Below are positions 59,970-64,000 of a stretch of DNA of 64,000 bases, one piece after another (within the stretch, counting starts at the first letter, position 1; the number at the start of each line of letters is the position of its first letter). Origin of the DNA: Bilabrum cf. latius (Eukaryota); assembly GCA_965178125.1 (NCBI GenBank), contig OZ237748.1, forward strand, positions 992,001 to 1,056,000, written 5' to 3'. The notes beneath the pieces are model-generated. The model did no database searches, had not been told where the DNA came from, and was given only the letters and a program-made list of their open reading frames with translations. The position numbers and the translations under genes were made by a program.

Positions 59970-62900
59970 TGCTGGCACAAACGATGGTCTGTGTGGGTAG
60001 ACGAATCCTTTGAGATTGGCGGGCGGCTCCTGCAACAAATGCTCAATAGAAGTCCCGTCATCCGATACAAAGTCTAACCTAGCACCGGCTTGCAGAAGGT
60101 GCATGAGTCCGCTGATGTCTTTGTAGATCTGGGTTAGGACCACCAGAGGGAGGCCAGACTGGGATGAAATAGTTAAGGTGGAATCAAGTGATGGCAAGCA
60201 TAGTACCAGCATTGCACTCATGGATCAGCGATACATGGGATATTTACTACTTCTGTAACTTGATTCTCACTTTATCTACTCGGTCCGCCGACATGCCGTG
60301 CTTGAGCAACAGCGGTATCTTGCCTCTGAAAACCCATGGAGCATACGCTTTGGTCTTCTCAGCCACATGGCAGTCTGGATCTGCCCCTCTGGACAGCAAA
60401 GTGCGCGATATTGCGCCCTTAATTGGCGGTTTACATGATGGGAACTCCAGCAAAGGAGAATCGAAGGGATTGTGCTGTGATAGAGAGAGAAGGGAACGGG
60501 TTGCAGCGCTCGTGCAACAATAGCACGCAATTCGTTGTAACTGACAAACACAGCGCATGCCATGCGATGCTCTCACGCTGTTGTCCAGTGGAACCCCAGC
60601 ATCGAGCAGCAATTTGCAAACCTTGGGGGCATCTGTTTTCTTGCCTAGTGAACGACAGTTTCGGACCACTCTGTCAGTCTGCGCTTAAGAAGTATAGTCC
60701 GATCGTCTCGTATACAAAAAAGGTGAAATATCATTTATGTCTAAACACACAGCAGGCATGAAACAATACTCCCCTAACTCACCCTCTTGCACAGGTTAAG
60801 CCCATGACGGATTTGCAGCGCCACGCCCACCGCTCGGCCCATGCTGTACATCTCCTGCAGTCTCGAACATGAGCAAGTTACTAGATGGGAATAGTTCCAT
60901 TCTCAACATTCAATTGCACAAACGAATGATCTGCACTCTCACCGGTGGGATCCCCCAGCTGTACAGCAGGCCAAGCACCGATTCAAAGACAGAATCTTCG
61001 GCACCACGCAGCCAGGATTCCATGCTCTGTCTCACAGCCTGCTTGCGGAGAGAATGCAACTCAAAGCGAGATACCAGCGTACATAGCATCATCATCAAAT
61101 GCACGAATACTCTTGCGATTCGGATTCACCCAGTGCGTGAAGTCAACTCCTGCCTCTCGGCAGACTTCCCAGTACGAAAGAGGCAGGTCTTTGCCACACA
61201 AAAACTTAATTGTGAACTGCGGTGATGTTACGGAGACCAGCAGACGCTAGAAATTTCAGGACACAGCAGAAAGGTATTCAATGCACCCAATGGCATCTCA
61301 CTTGAGCGTATTGCAGCAGTTCATCTAGTTTGTCTCTGTGATGGCTGACAACCTCATCAAAGCCTTTGGCGTTGAGAAGATCCACCAGCTCCATCATTAA
61401 TACTTTTCTTACGACAAGCAATGAGTCACTGGATTTGATTTTGCAGAAATTGCATTGAAGCTGTGAGGGAACGTTCGTCAGGCTTCTATGGGAATATCTA
61501 CCTTTCTTCAAAATCTTCCCTACTATGATCACACGTTGTAAAATATGGCGAGCGCTGCCCCTCAGTGCCTGATCAGCAGACGGCTTCATCGCCGCTCAAG
61601 TCTAATAGCGACCTTCCACCTTCCACATCCGCATGTGGTCGGGTAATCCAATCCCATAATCTGAGCCACTCGTCTCACAAACGCCCAAACCCCCATCTGC
61701 CAGGCCTGTGCCTCTCCCTTCCACTCCACCGTATCAACCCGATGACCCCACCACTCATCTTCTCCTCCACTCCTTCCTCACCCGCTTTGGTGAACCATCG
61801 CCCCCTCCCCATCTGCTCCGCCCTCAACCCCCATTCGCTCACCCTTAGTCGCCGCCGCTCCTGGTCTGCATCCCTAGCCGCTCTCTCTCTCACACTCCTC
61901 CGCATCGCTGCTTTGCATCTGCTCCTGCAACTCGCGCGAGTCCTGCGACCACCGCTCCACCTCAATCTCAAATACTGTGCTGGCCTCACCAACCAACACG
62001 CTGCCATTGGGCGACGGGTTTCCGTAGCGTGCTGCCGGCCAGCCCCAGCCCTCGTGCACAGCCCCTAGGCCAGGACCCATCGCCTGACCCAGACGTGGAT
62101 CCAGTGGCCCACTCGCCTAGATCGTCGAGCAGCAGCTGCAACACCATTCTCCCGCCCCAACTATGCGAGTCTACATCCGCGTCCCCGACCTGTTCTATGG
62201 TACGCGCTACCTATCTATACATCCCCATCCATACCAGATCTGATCCAAATCTCAGAACTCCTTCGGATATCACCGCCCTTCTTTCCCACATCCCAGCCCT
62301 GTCTGTGCCACTTGTTTCTTCGAATCCACCCACCCTATCCACCATGTATTCTTCATCCCTCCTCTTCGACACTTCATATTCATCTCACGCATGTACTGCC
62401 TCCAGTGCAAAGCCACAGCCCTCAACGCCACATGCCCAAGTCCGCGCCCTGATCCTTCAGCAACGCCTCGCATTCAACGTGCCCACCCCGTACAGCCGCT
62501 TCCAAAGCTGTCACATACTCACCAGCATCACCTAAATCACCCGCCAGCAAACAACCCTTCCGATGATGCCCGCCAGCCAGCTTGCCTAATCGCAGACGCT
62601 TGGCCAGTTCCAGAGGCCTCCCCTCGCTCGCTGCTTTAAACACCAGTGCTACATCCCTGTGCGCCTCCATCCCCTACCGCCAGCCCACCACCGCCCATAT
62701 CCTATCGCGCGGATCTGGAGGTCCTTCACGAAGTGTCTCACGATCCCCTGTTGCCTTGAGGTGGTCGATGATGAGCCGGAGAAGCCGCTGGGGGTTGCCG
62801 CGTGTTGATGGCAGGAGTGCTGGCACAAACGATGGTCTGTACCGGTAGCTCAATAATTTGAGATTGGCGGGCGGTTCCTGCAGCAAATGTTCAATAGAAG

Positions 62901-64000
62901 TCCCATCATCCGATACAAAGTCTAATCTAGCACCGGCTTGCAGAAGGTGCATGAGTCCGCTGATGTCTTTGTAGATCTAGGTTAGGACCACCAGAGGGAG
63001 GCCAGACTGGGAGGGAACAGGTCAGGTAGAAACAATTGTTGAGAGGACGATCATCAGCACTGCAATCATGACGCAGCGATACATGTGGTACATACTACTT
63101 ATGTACCTTGATTCTCACTTTATCTATCCGGTCCGCCGACATGCCGTGCTTGAGCAACAGCGGTATCTTGCCTCTGAAAATCCCTGGAACATATGCTTTG
63201 GTCTTCTCAGCCACATGGCAGTCTGGATCTGCCCCTCTTGACAGCAAGATGCGCAATATTGCGCCCTTAATTGGCGGTTTACATGATGCAATTTCCAGCA
63301 AAGGGGTATCGAAGGGATTGTGCTGTGATAGAGAAAGTAGGGAAAGAGGCGCAGCGCTCGTGCAACAATAGCACGCAATTCGTTGTAACTGACAAACACA
63401 GCGCATGCCATGCGATGCTCTCACGCTGTTGTCCAGTGGAACCCCAGCATCGAGCAGCAATCTGCAAACCTTGGGGGCATCTGTTTTCTTGCCTAGTGAA
63501 CGACAATTTCGGACTATTCTGTCAGTCTGCGCTCGAGAAAGATGTTTCGTTGGCCTCAAATACATAAGACGTATGAAACTTGTTATACACGTCTGAACAC
63601 ACAGCAGGCATGAAACAATACTCCCCTAACTCACCCTCTTGCACAGGTTAAGCCCATGACGGATTTGCAGCGCCACGCCCACCGCTCGGCCCATGCTGTA
63701 CATCTCCTGCAGTCTCGAACATGAGCAAGTTACTAGATGGGAATAGTTCCATTCTCAACATTCAATTGCACAAACGAATGATCTGCACTCTCACCGGTGG
63801 GATCCCCCAGCTGTACAGCAGGCCAAGCACCGATTCAAAGACAGAATCTTCGGCACCACGCAGCCAGGCTTCCATGCTCTGTCTCACAGTCTGCTTTCAG
63901 GGAGAATGCAATTCAAAGCAGGATACCAACGTGCAGAGCTTCATCATCAAATGCAAGAATGCTCTTGCGATTCGGATTCACCCAGTGCGTGAAGTCAACT
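59970..64000 (-). repeat. Tandem duplication (~2.85-kb period) of an intron-containing ankyrin-like gene
   Basis: ~59970-61150 is nearly identical to ~62816-64000 (e.g. offset 2848 between 60573 and 63421). Confidence 0.9.
62422..64000 (-). CDS. Divergent ankyrin-repeat protein with RLRLGKL module (5' end beyond the window)
   Basis: CRLLLDAGVPLD, TPLLEIAS...ILLSRGADPD, LLLKHGMSAD, HLLQAGARLD, then WR[TAG 62674]GMEAHRDVALVFKAASEGRPLELAKRLRLGKLAGG...TALEAAVRGGHVECEALL. Confidence 0.65.

Noticed and set aside
1-64000. tRNA (including a CUA suppressor) or rRNA genes
   Set aside because: No cloverleaf or rRNA-like sequence recognised by eye. A covariance-model scan would be needed to exclude them.

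Overview
Eukaryotic nuclear DNA from a GC-rich protist. It has spliceosomal GT-AG introns and a 200-N scaffold gap; a heterotrophic stramenopile such as a bicosoecid is plausible but is only inference. The main result is a non-standard genetic code. More than 40 in-frame TAG codons interrupt otherwise intact genes (myosin, dynamin-related protein, Vps51, bulb-lectin, ankyrin proteins, a Ngaro/DIRS retrotransposon). They fall at conserved Gln positions, inside CAG/CAA runs, and opposite CAG/CAA in paralogous repeats, while TAA and TGA end the genes. This points to UAG=Gln with UAA still a stop, and it joins the fragmented ORF track into full-length genes. A second unexplained signal is the 12-bp motif CACTCGTCACAC/GTGTGACGAGTG. 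It occurs about 45 times, in both orientations and several frames, inside the three GC-rich, intron-poor housekeeping genes and is nearly absent elsewhere. Other content: a tyrosine-recombinase retrotransposon with two candidate introns, a hAT-like TIR element carrying an OTU-protease relic inserted in a lectin gene, a tandem bulb-lectin array, a family of ankyrin genes sharing a lineage-specific RLRLGKL module, a type-I membrane protein, a dead piggyBac-like transposase, and microsatellites.
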